A program made the position numbers and the translations under genes. Below the pieces are notes generated by a model. The model was not told the origin of the DNA and searched no databases. It saw only the letters and a program-made list of their open reading frames with translations. Below are positions 28,349 to 42,041 of a DNA stretch of 64,000 nt, in pieces. How positions within the stretch are numbered: the stretch's first letter is position 1; each line of letters opens with the position of its first letter. The stretch is taken from the sequence record OP310983.1. One strand, given 5' to 3'.

Positions 28349-30265
28349 ATGTCTAATGAACAACAGGTTACAAATAAGAAAAAGATTAAGGGCATTGAAG
28401 CCAAACATATTACTTATTGTACTGATCAATTTGGTAAGTTTACAGATGCGCATTTCGTTAAAGAACGAATTCATTTTGAAGATGGTACAACTGCAAATAA
28501 TTTAAGGATGTGGGAAAACTACCAGCGTCCTTTTTGGATTACCTCAAAAGGAATGCGTAACCATAAAGAAAAGAAAGATTACGAATATGAGCGTAACTTA
28601 GTTAAATACATGTCAACTCAAATTGACATGAAACGTAAGATTAGTAAAATCCTAGGTGACTATTCGGCTAGATCTCTTCGTCAACTAGCGCGTAGTCCTT
28701 ACCTATATGGCAGTGATGTTAGTTCAACCTGTTATCTGAAGCATGATTATCAAGAACGTTATCCTGGTCTAATCTCTCTAAACACTGTTGCTGGCGGTGA
28801 CATCGAAACCAACGTTTATGAAGCTGAGAACGATGGCCAGATTATCTGTATGTCAGTTACACATAAGAACAAAGCTTTCCTAGCCTATTTAAAACGATGG
28901 GTTAGTGATATTGAAGATCCAGTGAAAGAGACATTAGAACAAGCACAAAAAGAAGAGGTATTATCACATCTAATTAAAGAACGTGGTCTAGATATTGAAG
29001 TAATGGTTGTTGAAACACCAGTAGATATTATTATTGAATGTTTTAAACGACTACATACCTGGAAACCAGATTTCTTCGCATTCTGGAATATTAGCTTCGA
29101 CATTGGTAGAATCTTAAAAACATTAGAACACTATGGTGTTAATCCAGCTGATGTTTTTTCTGATCCATCGGTACCTAAGAATTATAGGTATTTCCATTTT
29201 AAGATTGATGAACCTATGACCACCACTGCATCTGGGGTCACTAAATCTAAAGGACCGGAGGATCAATGGCATTGGATTACAGCACCCTCTAGTTTTCAAT
29301 GTATCGATTCTATGTCAACTTATCGAGTAACTCGATTAGCTAAAGGACGTGATCCTAACTATCGGTTAGAGTCTATTCTTAGAAAAGAACTAAACATCGA
29401 TAAATCCACGACCATTAAAAATGATAAGGACTTAGAAGATTTTATTGAAGGTTTTAATAAACAACTAGTTGACCGACCAGGCGGCGTTATTACTAAATAT
29501 ATTAAAAATGTAGGTAGTAATGAATGGGTACCGGTGGATGATTTTATATTAAATGATAACTTTACCTATGGTGATTCTATTAGATATGTAATGGAATTTG
29601 GTAAGTTAACCTTTAAAGAAACTGCACATCTTGGTGGTATCGATTGGCACCGTGAGATGCAGACTAAGCATAAAATCAAATATGGTCTTTATAACATCAT
29701 CGACTCCATTCGACTAGAACAACTTGATGAACAAGTAAATGACCTTGGTCGCTCTATAAGTCTATTCTCTAAGGCATCTGACTATAAGAACTTTAGTTCT
29801 AACCCAAAACGACTATGTGACGATATGCACTTCTGGTATTTGAATAGACCAGAGCCATGTGTCATTGGTTCAAGTTCAGATCAGATGGTGCATGAACTTG
29901 ATCAATATGTTATTGGCCATAATGATTGGATTGTTACACTACCATCATACATGGCAGGTCCAAATGGATTGCAGTGTGTTAAAGATTTACCGAATTATAA
30001 AACCTTAATCTTCTGTCATATCGCCGACCTTGACATCGTGTCGACATATCCTAACGTTAGTCAGATTCTAAATATTGCACGTGAAACATGTGTGATGGAA
30101 TTCTCAATGATGGAAGGAATTAGTGAACACCATCGCCGTGAAGTTGGCGTAAACTTAACAGGTGGTAGGGTTAATGCTATTGAAATCACACAGAAGATCA
30201 TGGGTGCTCCTAAAATGGACACCCTGCTAGAGAAGTTTATTAATACCTATAAGAACCCAAAGTAA
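28349..30265 (+). CDS. Split family-B DNA polymerase subunit with 3'-5' exonuclease (gp82-like)
   Basis: ExoI DIET, ExoII FWNISFD, ExoIII YNIID, PolB motif A DIVSTYP; motifs B and C absent. Confidence 0.85.
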   Translation: MSNEQQVTNKKKIKGIEAKHITYCTDQFGKFTDAHFVKERIHFEDGTTANNLRMWENYQRPFWITSKGMRNHKEKKDYEYERNLVKYMSTQIDMKRKISKILGDYSARSLRQLARSPYLYGSDVSSTCYLKHDYQERYPGLISLNTVAGGDIETNVYEAENDGQIICMSVTHKNKAFLAYLKRWVSDIEDPVKETLEQAQKEEVLSHLIKERGLDIEVMVVETPVDIIIECFKRLHTWKPDFFAFWNISFDIGRILKTLEHYGVNPADVFSDPSVPKNYRYFHFKIDEPMTTTASGVTKSKGPEDQWHWITAPSSFQCIDSMSTYRVTRLAKGRDPNYRLESILRKELNIDKSTTIKNDKDLEDFIEGFNKQLVDRPGGVITKYIKNVGSNEWVPVDDFILNDNFTYGDSIRYVMEFGKLTFKETAHLGGIDWHREMQTKHKIKYGLYNIIDSIRLEQLDEQVNDLGRSISLFSKASDYKNFSSNPKRLCDDMHFWYLNRPEPCVIGSSSDQMVHELDQYVIGHNDWIVTLPSYMAGPNGLQCVKDLPNYKTLIFCHIADLDIVSTYPNVSQILNIARETCVMEFSMMEGISEHHRREVGVNLTGGRVNAIEITQKIMGAPKMDTLLEKFINTYKNPK

Positions 30266-30633
30266 TATATCAGTGGAAGCGCCGAGGAGGATATGAATGT
30301 TCATCTGTTGGTGACAAAAGATTCTCGGCTCTTTACGCAAGGCTTCCTGATGGCAGAACAATTGAGGAAGCTTGGCAGTTAGATTGTAAAGGATATCGCA
30401 TATACTCCAACCATTGGAAAGCTGGTAAAGGAAAACCACCACTAGACGGGTATAATCCCAAATATGATGATTATAAAAATCTGTGGAAAGTATGGGCGGT
30501 ATCTAATAAACATCTAATGGATGAATTGCGTCAGAATGCAAAAGAACATGATAACTATCTTTCTGATGTTTTTGCTTCTACTGATATTTCACAGGCACGT
30601 GCTCTAGCAGAACTACTTAATGAAGGATATTAA
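30265..30633 (+). CDS. Start-less conserved phage ORF, NADAR-like by eye (122 aa from ATA)
   Basis: Frame open 30253-30633: IYQWKRRGGYECSSVGDKRFSALYARLPDGRTIEEAWQLDCKG...QARALAELLNEGY; no upstream ATG/GTG/TTG in frame. Confidence 0.65.
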   Translation: MYQWKRRGGYECSSVGDKRFSALYARLPDGRTIEEAWQLDCKGYRIYSNHWKAGKGKPPLDGYNPKYDDYKNLWKVWAVSNKHLMDELRQNAKEHDNYLSDVFASTDISQARALAELLNEGY

Positions 30634-30701
30634 AAAATGGAAGGTATTCCTAATTAAATATTATCAATTGATCATTACTGCTAACATAAACTTCGACACA
30701 T

Positions 30702-30735
30702 CATAAAACCCTCCCATTACGGGAGGGTTTATTTC
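30702..30735. terminator. Bidirectional hairpin between convergent genes
   Basis: cata-aaaccctccc-attac-gggagggttt-attt. Confidence 0.65.
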
Positions 30736-30736
30736 G

Positions 30737-32251
30737 TTAACTAATTTGGTATTTTAAATTCTGATTACCGTTTAGAACATAAATCTTACCGTCATTATTA
30801 AACGTATTGGCAAAACCTGCATCCACTAAACCAGTTTCTAAATTACCTAAATTTATCCATCGTGCTAATCGTGGTTCATAATACTTAATTGGTGCGTTAT
30901 TTTGATTTTCACCAGCGATTACATAAAGTTCACCAGATGGGCGTATATTAATAGCTGCACCAAGAGGTATACCTGTAGTTATTGGTTTGGACCAATTATT
31001 GTTGGTTTGATTGTACGATATGATTCCAGTATTAACACCAGCACCAACCGTACCACCAATAACGCATACGCTATTATTATAAATACTCACTGAATAATCT
31101 TGGGTATATTCCCCAGTATCATTAAATGCTGCACCACTGGTATATGTATCTGTAGTTGGATTGTACATTAATGTAAATCCACGATTATTTGTCGCAGTTG
31201 TATCAGCTGCACCTAATATGTAGATTAACCCATTAAGACTAGTTCCACGTGCATACCGGCAAGCTATCGTGCCTGGTGATTTTATTTCCCATGTATTAGT
31301 TGCAGGATCATAACACTGCATATCTTTAGTAAGTACACCATCTGTGGCACTTTCACCACCATAGAAATATACTTTACCATTAAATGCAACAGCCGAGCAT
31401 TGTTTAACTGCTATAGGCGTACCAGTTGGTTGTAATGTTGTTAACTTACCCGTGACTAAATTCAGTGTACGTAGAGCAGTATTAGCATTATTCTTACCAC
31501 CGTAATAATAGACTAAGTTACCTATTTGGGCACCTGCTGCCATTTCGTTATCAGTTTCAAAATCAGTAAGTTTAATAACATTATCTTTAACGAATGGATA
31601 TGTACCACTAGCATAAACCACTGGACGCCAACCTTGGGTTGCAGCACCCGTTTCACTACTTGACGAGCTAGTTATATCAATCGCATAGTAGCCACGATAG
31701 AGCTGGTCATTAACTGGATCACTACCTGGGTCTCTTCCCCAGTTAGTAGTACCATCAGTGCTAATACCACCAGCGACCGCTTGGTTAATACCTAAGTCAT
31801 TATCTGTAAATTTATAAGGCCAGTTAGCACCATTTAAATTAGATACGTGAACATTATAAAGTAACCTTTGCCATTCTGATGTGGCACCAGCCATTGTTAA
31901 TAAACCAAATTTATAAATGTTCCCCATAAATCTAACTTCATAGTCACCATTACGGAGTCCGGCATTATTAAGCCGTGATTTTTGTATTGATTTACGAGCT
32001 GGTTTCTTTGGTATGTAACAAGTAACATTTTTATTAGAGAACTTTAACCATGGTTGTCCATCATTGATTACTGTTCCAAATGTCATATTAACTAATTTAG
32101 CTGCATCATCATAACCAAATAATTCTGAAGATGTTGTTTCACCATACAAACCTAATTCCCTTGTCCCAGCTATCAGTGTTTTAGGACCTGGATAAGGATC
32201 GGAATATATAGGCGTATTTGTTAGTCCAGAAGACAACAATAACTCAAACAT
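30737..32251 (-). CDS. Virion protein of the gp83/gp130-135-like family with C-terminal Kelch repeats
   Basis: N-terminal PYPGPKTLIAG..LGLYGE family motif (recalled); about six Kelch repeats (VYYYGG, VYFYGG..YDPATNTW, IYILGA..YNPTTDTY). Confidence 0.75.
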   Translation of the reverse strand: MFELLLSSGLTNTPIYSDPYPGPKTLIAGTRELGLYGETTSSELFGYDDAAKLVNMTFGTVINDGQPWLKFSNKNVTCYIPKKPARKSIQKSRLNNAGLRNGDYEVRFMGNIYKFGLLTMAGATSEWQRLLYNVHVSNLNGANWPYKFTDNDLGINQAVAGGISTDGTTNWGRDPGSDPVNDQLYRGYYAIDITSSSSSETGAATQGWRPVVYASGTYPFVKDNVIKLTDFETDNEMAAGAQIGNLVYYYGGKNNANTALRTLNLVTGKLTTLQPTGTPIAVKQCSAVAFNGKVYFYGGESATDGVLTKDMQCYDPATNTWEIKSPGTIACRYARGTSLNGLIYILGAADTTATNNRGFTLMYNPTTDTYTSGAAFNDTGEYTQDYSVSIYNNSVCVIGGTVGAGVNTGIISYNQTNNNWSKPITTGIPLGAAINIRPSGELYVIAGENQNNAPIKYYEPRLARWINLGNLETGLVDAGFANTFNNDGKIYVLNGNQNLKYQIS

Positions 32252-32352
32252 TTTGTGTGCGCCTCTTTTATAATACGTAGTGCATAAGATTGAATTCTAT
32301 ACAACGCAGCCTTATCTTTATGATTATAAATTAATACTGGTAGAGATATAAA

Positions 32353-33594
32353 ATGCTACATACGATAGAAATCTCTAATGAAGTGTTAGATGTGAATGTT
32401 AAGCGTGACTTAGGTCCATTGATCGAAGAACATCTAACCAAGATTCGTGATAAATTAGATAATCAACAGAGAATAGATATTAATGATTTTAGGTCACTGA
32501 GTGATGATGTTTCTAAGATCCTCAATATGAATATAGAGTTTACACACCTGGATGATCAGGGTATAATGGGTGGTGCATACACATCCTTTACAGTTGGACA
32601 TACTGGTAGTAAATTTGACAATATTAATCGAGTTACTTTAGCAACTGAGCAAGGTGTCAATACATTCATTAATATTGATTTAACAAATTTAAAAGTTACG
32701 GGTGAGGCTGTTTCAACTTTTAAATACAAGGTCGGTTTATCTATTGGTTTATTATCGGCTATTAACCGTGTTAGTATAGCAGAAGCTACTGCCATTACAT
32801 TACATGAAATTGGGCATTGTTGGGAAACACTGGCTACAATGGGTGACTACGTCTATCTTAACTATGCACTTACTGAAGGTATACTTATCTTACAGGGTAG
32901 GAAAGCTAATAAGTATAAGATTCAATTATTGGATGAAACATGGTTAAAGAAAAACGTTGATCCAGCCGATTATGAGAAGTTTGCTAATGATAGGACTGAA
33001 GGAAATATTCGTAAAGTCATTCTATCATCATTTAAGAAAGCGCAACGTCCGCATTTAACTGGTGATGTTCAATCACGTAAACGCGATGAACAATTAGCTG
33101 ATTTATTCTCCACTCGATTAGGTTATGGAAGGCCACTGGCAACGGCATTAACTAAATCAGGTCGGTATTATAATGACCGTGAATATAAATCTGTTTCTAG
33201 CCATATTACTGCTGAGGTATTCAAAGGTCTATTTATGATCATTGGTTTACCTGTTACACTAGGTATCATTGCCGGTAATTTAAAAGTTGGATATGATCCA
33301 ATTAGTTCACGTTATGACAAACAACGACAACGTTTAATGAAAATTAAACAAGATCTAGTAGCACAACTTAAATGGGTAAAGGACTCATCACTAAAACCAG
33401 GAATTGATGATGACATTAAAGTAATTGATTCATTGATAAATGATTTAGCTAATGAGTGGACCATTTTTGATAAAATTTTAGATTTCCTTAGTCCCCAGCG
33501 TCGTAAAGATAAACGGGCTACTGAATTAGAAGATACTTTAGAAAGTCTATTAAATAATGACTTATTTGTAAGAGCCTACCGCTTAACTAAATAG
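32353..33594 (+). CDS. Virion head protein (gp84-like) with a zincin HEIGH motif
   Basis: LHEIGH plus a downstream EQLADLFSTRLGYG motif and a hydrophobic segment. Confidence 0.75.
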   Translation: MLHTIEISNEVLDVNVKRDLGPLIEEHLTKIRDKLDNQQRIDINDFRSLSDDVSKILNMNIEFTHLDDQGIMGGAYTSFTVGHTGSKFDNINRVTLATEQGVNTFINIDLTNLKVTGEAVSTFKYKVGLSIGLLSAINRVSIAEATAITLHEIGHCWETLATMGDYVYLNYALTEGILILQGRKANKYKIQLLDETWLKKNVDPADYEKFANDRTEGNIRKVILSSFKKAQRPHLTGDVQSRKRDEQLADLFSTRLGYGRPLATALTKSGRYYNDREYKSVSSHITAEVFKGLFMIIGLPVTLGIIAGNLKVGYDPISSRYDKQRQRLMKIKQDLVAQLKWVKDSSLKPGIDDDIKVIDSLINDLANEWTIFDKILDFLSPQRRKDKRATELEDTLESLLNNDLFVRAYRLTK

Positions 33595-33605
33595 AGAGAA
33601 AAATC

Positions 33606-34055
33606 ATGCAACAATTAGGTTTTGAACTTTCCCGTATTCTAAAGCAACTGCCTAACTTAGGTGGTTCTGATCGTAAAACCCGCGCAATGTTCCTAGCTAA
33701 TGCGGTGGCATTACAGATTCCATTTGAGATTTTACTTGATTTCAATGAACAACAGGATAAAGCTGTTGCTAAATTTAAGAAAATCTTAAGTAAAGTTAAT
33801 GAGAATATTGCAGTTGATACTAAACTAGCCGTAACATATTTTAACAATATTCTTCGCATTCGCCAAAGTCTTATCAACGGTATTACTGATCCATGTCTTG
33901 TCAAAGCTGTACTGACATCTGATACCGCTAATGATTATCTAACTGTCGATGATATCAATATTGTCTCTGCCGTTGTTAATGGCCCAGATTATAACCGTAT
34001 CCAAGCAGACATGGGTAATGCATTAAATCAATTAATCGGTAGTATTGATGAGTGA
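33606..34055 (+). CDS. Virion head protein (gp85-like)
   Basis: 149 aa; synteny. Confidence 0.7.
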   Translation: MQQLGFELSRILKQLPNLGGSDRKTRAMFLANAVALQIPFEILLDFNEQQDKAVAKFKKILSKVNENIAVDTKLAVTYFNNILRIRQSLINGITDPCLVKAVLTSDTANDYLTVDDINIVSAVVNGPDYNRIQADMGNALNQLIGSIDE

Positions 34056-34065
34056 GGTTAAACCC

Positions 34066-35334
34066 ATGTCTCATGTTAAAGAAGTAGATGTCGAAGAGGA
34101 AAAACTTTTCTTTGATGAGAACCAACCAGAGATGGTTGAAGGCGAAGAAGAGACTGTTTCAAGTGCCTCGGCTCCTGAAATTTTAGCTAAGATGTGTGTA
34201 GCTGTCGAAGCGATTCATCAGCTATCTGATATTTATGCAATCACTAAACTTGAAGGCGTATCAAAACCAGATGTTGATGGTATTCGAGCATTAGTTAAGC
34301 GCATGAGCACTGAAGGGTTTGAAGCTCCTAAGAAAGCAGTAGCTTCACTTGAGCAATATGCTTCTATGTTTACACCAACCCGTAGTACTCTTAATGTGAC
34401 TATTTCTCAAGAGGTAGTGATGGCTACCATCATTAATACTCTTAAGACTTGGTTTGAGAAACTAATGGAACTATTTGCTAAGCTGATGCGTTGGATTAGT
34501 GATTTTAAGAAGCGCGATGTTGTTGTAGCAACTCGTTATGGAAAGATTGTCCGGGCAGTTGATCAAGCACGTACTCTCTTTCAAGAGTTACTAGTTAAAA
34601 ATCGATTAGGTAATCGAAAGGATGCGCTACTAGAAAAGTTTGATGCAATTGCACAATCAATCATTGATGATCCTAAAATCCTAGCTAGTCGTGTATATGC
34701 TGCTGCATTTGGTAGTGTATACTACCAGAAAGAAATCATTAATATTAATAATGAAGCACGTACTGAACTAGGTACAATGGAAAAGCTAGTTGGCACTATC
34801 ATTGAATATGTTAATTACAATGGTGATGATTATCGTGCACTTATGCCTATCGCTAATATCCGTGAGATTGGTAAACTAGCTACCCGGTGCAATGAACTAT
34901 CTACAGTGTATCCTGATCGTTCAAGCATTCCAGATTTCCCTGATAAGAATTTCTGGAAAAACTCACATCTGTTAAAAGATCGTTTTGTCGCACCACTTGA
35001 TGATTTGTTAAAAGCATATCGCAATAGCAGTGATACTCTACGTAAGTTAAAGCAACTATCACGTAATTATAGTCAAGAAACTATTGATGCTATTGGTGAG
35101 TCTGTTCAATTAATCAACACTTCCCTTGAAGGTATGCGTCGTATTACTGATACGATGTTTGAATATTCTCAAGCACAATATCTAGCAGCTAGTTGCGTAC
35201 TTAACTATTATGGTAAGTGTGCACAAGTAGTTAGTGAAGATTATAAGATCCATGGCTTCAATGATGCTATTCGCGAATGGCAGCGTCGATTTGATAAAGT
35301 CATCGATGACTTTAAACGTGGTTATGCAATGTAA
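34066..35334 (+). CDS. Virion head protein (gp86-like)
   Basis: SD gaggt; acidic propeptide with SLE processing-type site. Confidence 0.75.
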   Translation: MSHVKEVDVEEEKLFFDENQPEMVEGEEETVSSASAPEILAKMCVAVEAIHQLSDIYAITKLEGVSKPDVDGIRALVKRMSTEGFEAPKKAVASLEQYASMFTPTRSTLNVTISQEVVMATIINTLKTWFEKLMELFAKLMRWISDFKKRDVVVATRYGKIVRAVDQARTLFQELLVKNRLGNRKDALLEKFDAIAQSIIDDPKILASRVYAAAFGSVYYQKEIININNEARTELGTMEKLVGTIIEYVNYNGDDYRALMPIANIREIGKLATRCNELSTVYPDRSSIPDFPDKNFWKNSHLLKDRFVAPLDDLLKAYRNSSDTLRKLKQLSRNYSQETIDAIGESVQLINTSLEGMRRITDTMFEYSQAQYLAASCVLNYYGKCAQVVSEDYKIHGFNDAIREWQRRFDKVIDDFKRGYAM

Positions 35335-35341
35335 AATACAA

Positions 35342-35372
35342 CATAATGCCCTCCCCTAGGGGAGGGCTTATG
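35342..35372. terminator. CATAA-hairpin-TTATG element
   Basis: cataat-gccctcccc-ta-ggggagggc-ttatg between convergent genes. Confidence 0.65.
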
Positions 35373-35375
35373 ACC

Positions 35376-39347
<3,972 letters not shown>

Positions 39348-39383
39348 TTATAACTCTCTGCAAACCCATATAGGAAGAGAAAA

Positions 39384-40547
39384 ATGCCATTACCTGTAAT
39401 CGCCGGAGCAGTAAGTTCTGCTCTGATGACTGTTGCTGCTGATCAAGGTGTACGTGGTCTAATGCAGACTGTCCTACAAGCCACTAAAAATGGTGTAGAG
39501 ATTTCTTCTCTAACCGATCTAGCACGTCCAACTCGTGTTGAACCATTGGTCATCGTAGACCAAACCTTAGTTGATCAACCTTACATGAAAGACGTTATGA
39601 AATTTGTTTCATCGTCTTTTACTGGTTATTATCTACAAGCTGTTAATATGCTTCTAGGTGTGGATAAGATTGATACTTTAAAAGTATTCGATACTATTAA
39701 TCCTAACCGTACAGGTGTAACTCGCACTAGTGTATTCTCTGCCGAAGAGTATTCTGATGGTCTTCCTTCATTAGAGTCTTTTGAGAAGCCTGTGCATTTA
39801 CCAAATATCGTCGCTGAACACTCACATGAGCGTTGGGTAGCTTCAATGGAAGCGAATGACGAAAGTACAAGTGCACAAAGTATTTCTAGTGGTGATACAC
39901 AAAAGATTTATGAAGTTGAAAACCTTGCCGTTGGTAAGCTGGTTAACGTTGATGTTAAATCAGGAAAGCAGAAAGCTAAAATTCCTGTTATGATCCGTTT
40001 AATTCCAGCCGCTGTTAGTCCTCAGATTATTGCGCACATCTTTAGTGCTGGTGGACGAGATACTTGGCTACATCGCCTATTTCTAGTAAAAACTGGTCAA
40101 ATTAAATTCTGGCGTGACTTCGTTCTAGGTCAAGATATGATCGATGAACATTATCGCATTCTAATGAATGATAAATCAGGTGTTTATAAACAAATCACCG
40201 ATCGCCGCCGTAACAACTGGAAACAATCAGTTCGCAGTGGTACGGTTTCATTAGCAGATGCATCAAATATCGCGATTGTATCAACTTCAACTCTTAAAGC
40301 TGCTTCTAATTCTCTTTATGGTCGTATTGATGATTTCGCCACTCGGCAAAAGATCTTTGACAATAGCTATCTAATGATGCTTGTTGTTATTGATGACCGT
40401 TATGAGCGAGTAACTATTTATCATCGTGGGGTTGATCTATCTACATCTCACCGACTTGATGAAATTAAAATGGCTGAAAAGAATAAAGGTCCGGATATCA
40501 CTGAGATCTTTAAAATGATGAATAAAACCATGTCTACCAATATTTAA
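39384..40547 (+). CDS. Inner-body/head protein (gp89-like)
   Basis: SLE and SME prohead-protease-type sites; synteny. Confidence 0.75.
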   Translation: MPLPVIAGAVSSALMTVAADQGVRGLMQTVLQATKNGVEISSLTDLARPTRVEPLVIVDQTLVDQPYMKDVMKFVSSSFTGYYLQAVNMLLGVDKIDTLKVFDTINPNRTGVTRTSVFSAEEYSDGLPSLESFEKPVHLPNIVAEHSHERWVASMEANDESTSAQSISSGDTQKIYEVENLAVGKLVNVDVKSGKQKAKIPVMIRLIPAAVSPQIIAHIFSAGGRDTWLHRLFLVKTGQIKFWRDFVLGQDMIDEHYRILMNDKSGVYKQITDRRRNNWKQSVRSGTVSLADASNIAIVSTSTLKAASNSLYGRIDDFATRQKIFDNSYLMMLVVIDDRYERVTIYHRGVDLSTSHRLDEIKMAEKNKGPDITEIFKMMNKTMSTNI

Positions 40548-40554
40548 GGACTGA

Positions 40555-41487
40555 GTGATGAGAATTATTGATTATGTACGTGAACTCGCACCAGTTACTG
40601 AACGTCGTGAACTATTAAATCAAATCCGTTCATTACGTGAAGAATATGATGCAACTCTCGCACCAATTATTGACGATGTAGGTGAAGTATTTGGTAATAT
40701 GCAACTTAAATCAGATTTAGGTATGCGGTTATCTACTGAACTACGGCGAGCGATTAGTTTTAATACTGAACCGATTAAACTAGTACTGGATACTCTTTCA
40801 AATATTCGTGGTAGCTTTGATATGATCGAAAGCGAAATCCGGCGTTTATTTGCTATTCAGTTTACTAACTCTAATCTAACCTTTGACCGTGCAAACATGT
40901 TACGTTTTGTTGATGGTCTTAGTTTCTATATTCGTTATGGCCGTAAACTACTACTAAATCTAATTGCACAAGAAGCAATGAAATTAGGTAAGGCTACAGA
41001 ATTAAAATCATCTCGTGCTGAGAAAGAATGGCTATACACTAATATGGCGCAATTCATTACTCTGTATCCAGCAATGAGTCTTAAGACTAATGAACTGAAA
41101 CAACGCTTAAGTCGTGCATCTAGTGCTGAAGTCAATGAAGGTACTTATGATGTAGCTGTGAGTGCTCTCTCTATAGCTCAACGTGATCCACTTAACATGG
41201 ATGGCTTCTCACCTCGTCAGAACCCGTTCGTGCTATTTGGCAAGTTCTTAGCTGAGTATCAGGTTGAACGTTTTAAAGAAGCTGAGCAAGAATTCCTTGC
41301 ACTTCAACTACGTTTACAAGAAATGCGGGAAATGCAAAGTAATGGTAAAGTGGATGCACGCCTACAGAAGCTTATTAAAGAGTATGAAATTCGTATCTCT
41401 GATTATAACTATCGCCTAGGTATGATCCAAGATCGCGCATCTGAGTTCTTTGCTAACCATCGTGATCTACTATCTCTTGGTCACTAA
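40555..41487 (+). CDS. Inner-body/head protein (gp90-like)
   Basis: 310 aa helical/coiled-coil; synteny. Confidence 0.75.
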   Translation: MMRIIDYVRELAPVTERRELLNQIRSLREEYDATLAPIIDDVGEVFGNMQLKSDLGMRLSTELRRAISFNTEPIKLVLDTLSNIRGSFDMIESEIRRLFAIQFTNSNLTFDRANMLRFVDGLSFYIRYGRKLLLNLIAQEAMKLGKATELKSSRAEKEWLYTNMAQFITLYPAMSLKTNELKQRLSRASSAEVNEGTYDVAVSALSIAQRDPLNMDGFSPRQNPFVLFGKFLAEYQVERFKEAEQEFLALQLRLQEMREMQSNGKVDARLQKLIKEYEIRISDYNYRLGMIQDRASEFFANHRDLLSLGH

Positions 41488-42032
41488 TGGAGGGCATTGA
41501 TATGCCAGCAACTAATGCTGTACGCCCATTTGGTCGTAATTACTCAGGTGGTCAACAACAGGCCATTTCACGGTTCACTGCTCGTCCCGGTGATCCTCAA
41601 GTTGAAGAACTATATCTTATCTTTACCAACTTTCCTGCACAAACTGCATATTGGGAATTCCATAAGAAAGTTCTAGCTTGTGCTATTCGTCTTTTTAGCG
41701 GAAACTATAATTGGTTTATTCTACAGGACAATAATAGTAATATTGATAGTTATAATTATCAATTCCTATTAGATACTGTTCGATACATTGCTACGGGTCA
41801 TCGACGTATTTCAATTACCCAATGGCCAATGTTACTAGCTACTGAACCAGATGCTGGTGCACAACTCATTGAACCGCGCGCTGAAATTGCTACTCTCTTT
41901 AATGAGTTAAAATTAGATCTAGATACTGTTTCAATGATCCAGAATTGGGTTAAACACAAAAACGGTATGAATGATCTAATGTATACCCTACATCTACTAT
42001 TTGGATCTGTAGAAGTAATAGATAAGGACTGA
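41487..42032 (+). CDS. Head protein (gp91-like)
   Basis: TAATG coupling to gp90. Confidence 0.7.
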   Translation: MEGIDMPATNAVRPFGRNYSGGQQQAISRFTARPGDPQVEELYLIFTNFPAQTAYWEFHKKVLACAIRLFSGNYNWFILQDNNSNIDSYNYQFLLDTVRYIATGHRRISITQWPMLLATEPDAGAQLIEPRAEIATLFNELKLDLDTVSMIQNWVKHKNGMNDLMYTLHLLFGSVEVIDKD

Positions 42033-42041
42033 GGACTATCT

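Noticed and set aside
30293-30382. 29-aa ORF after gaggagg
   Set aside because: SD spacing is poor and the overlapping frame encodes a far more protein-like 122-aa sequence; the purine run is explained by RRGG codons
30227-30442. 71-aa minus-strand ORF
   Set aside because: Antisense to the polymerase end and the NADAR-like frame
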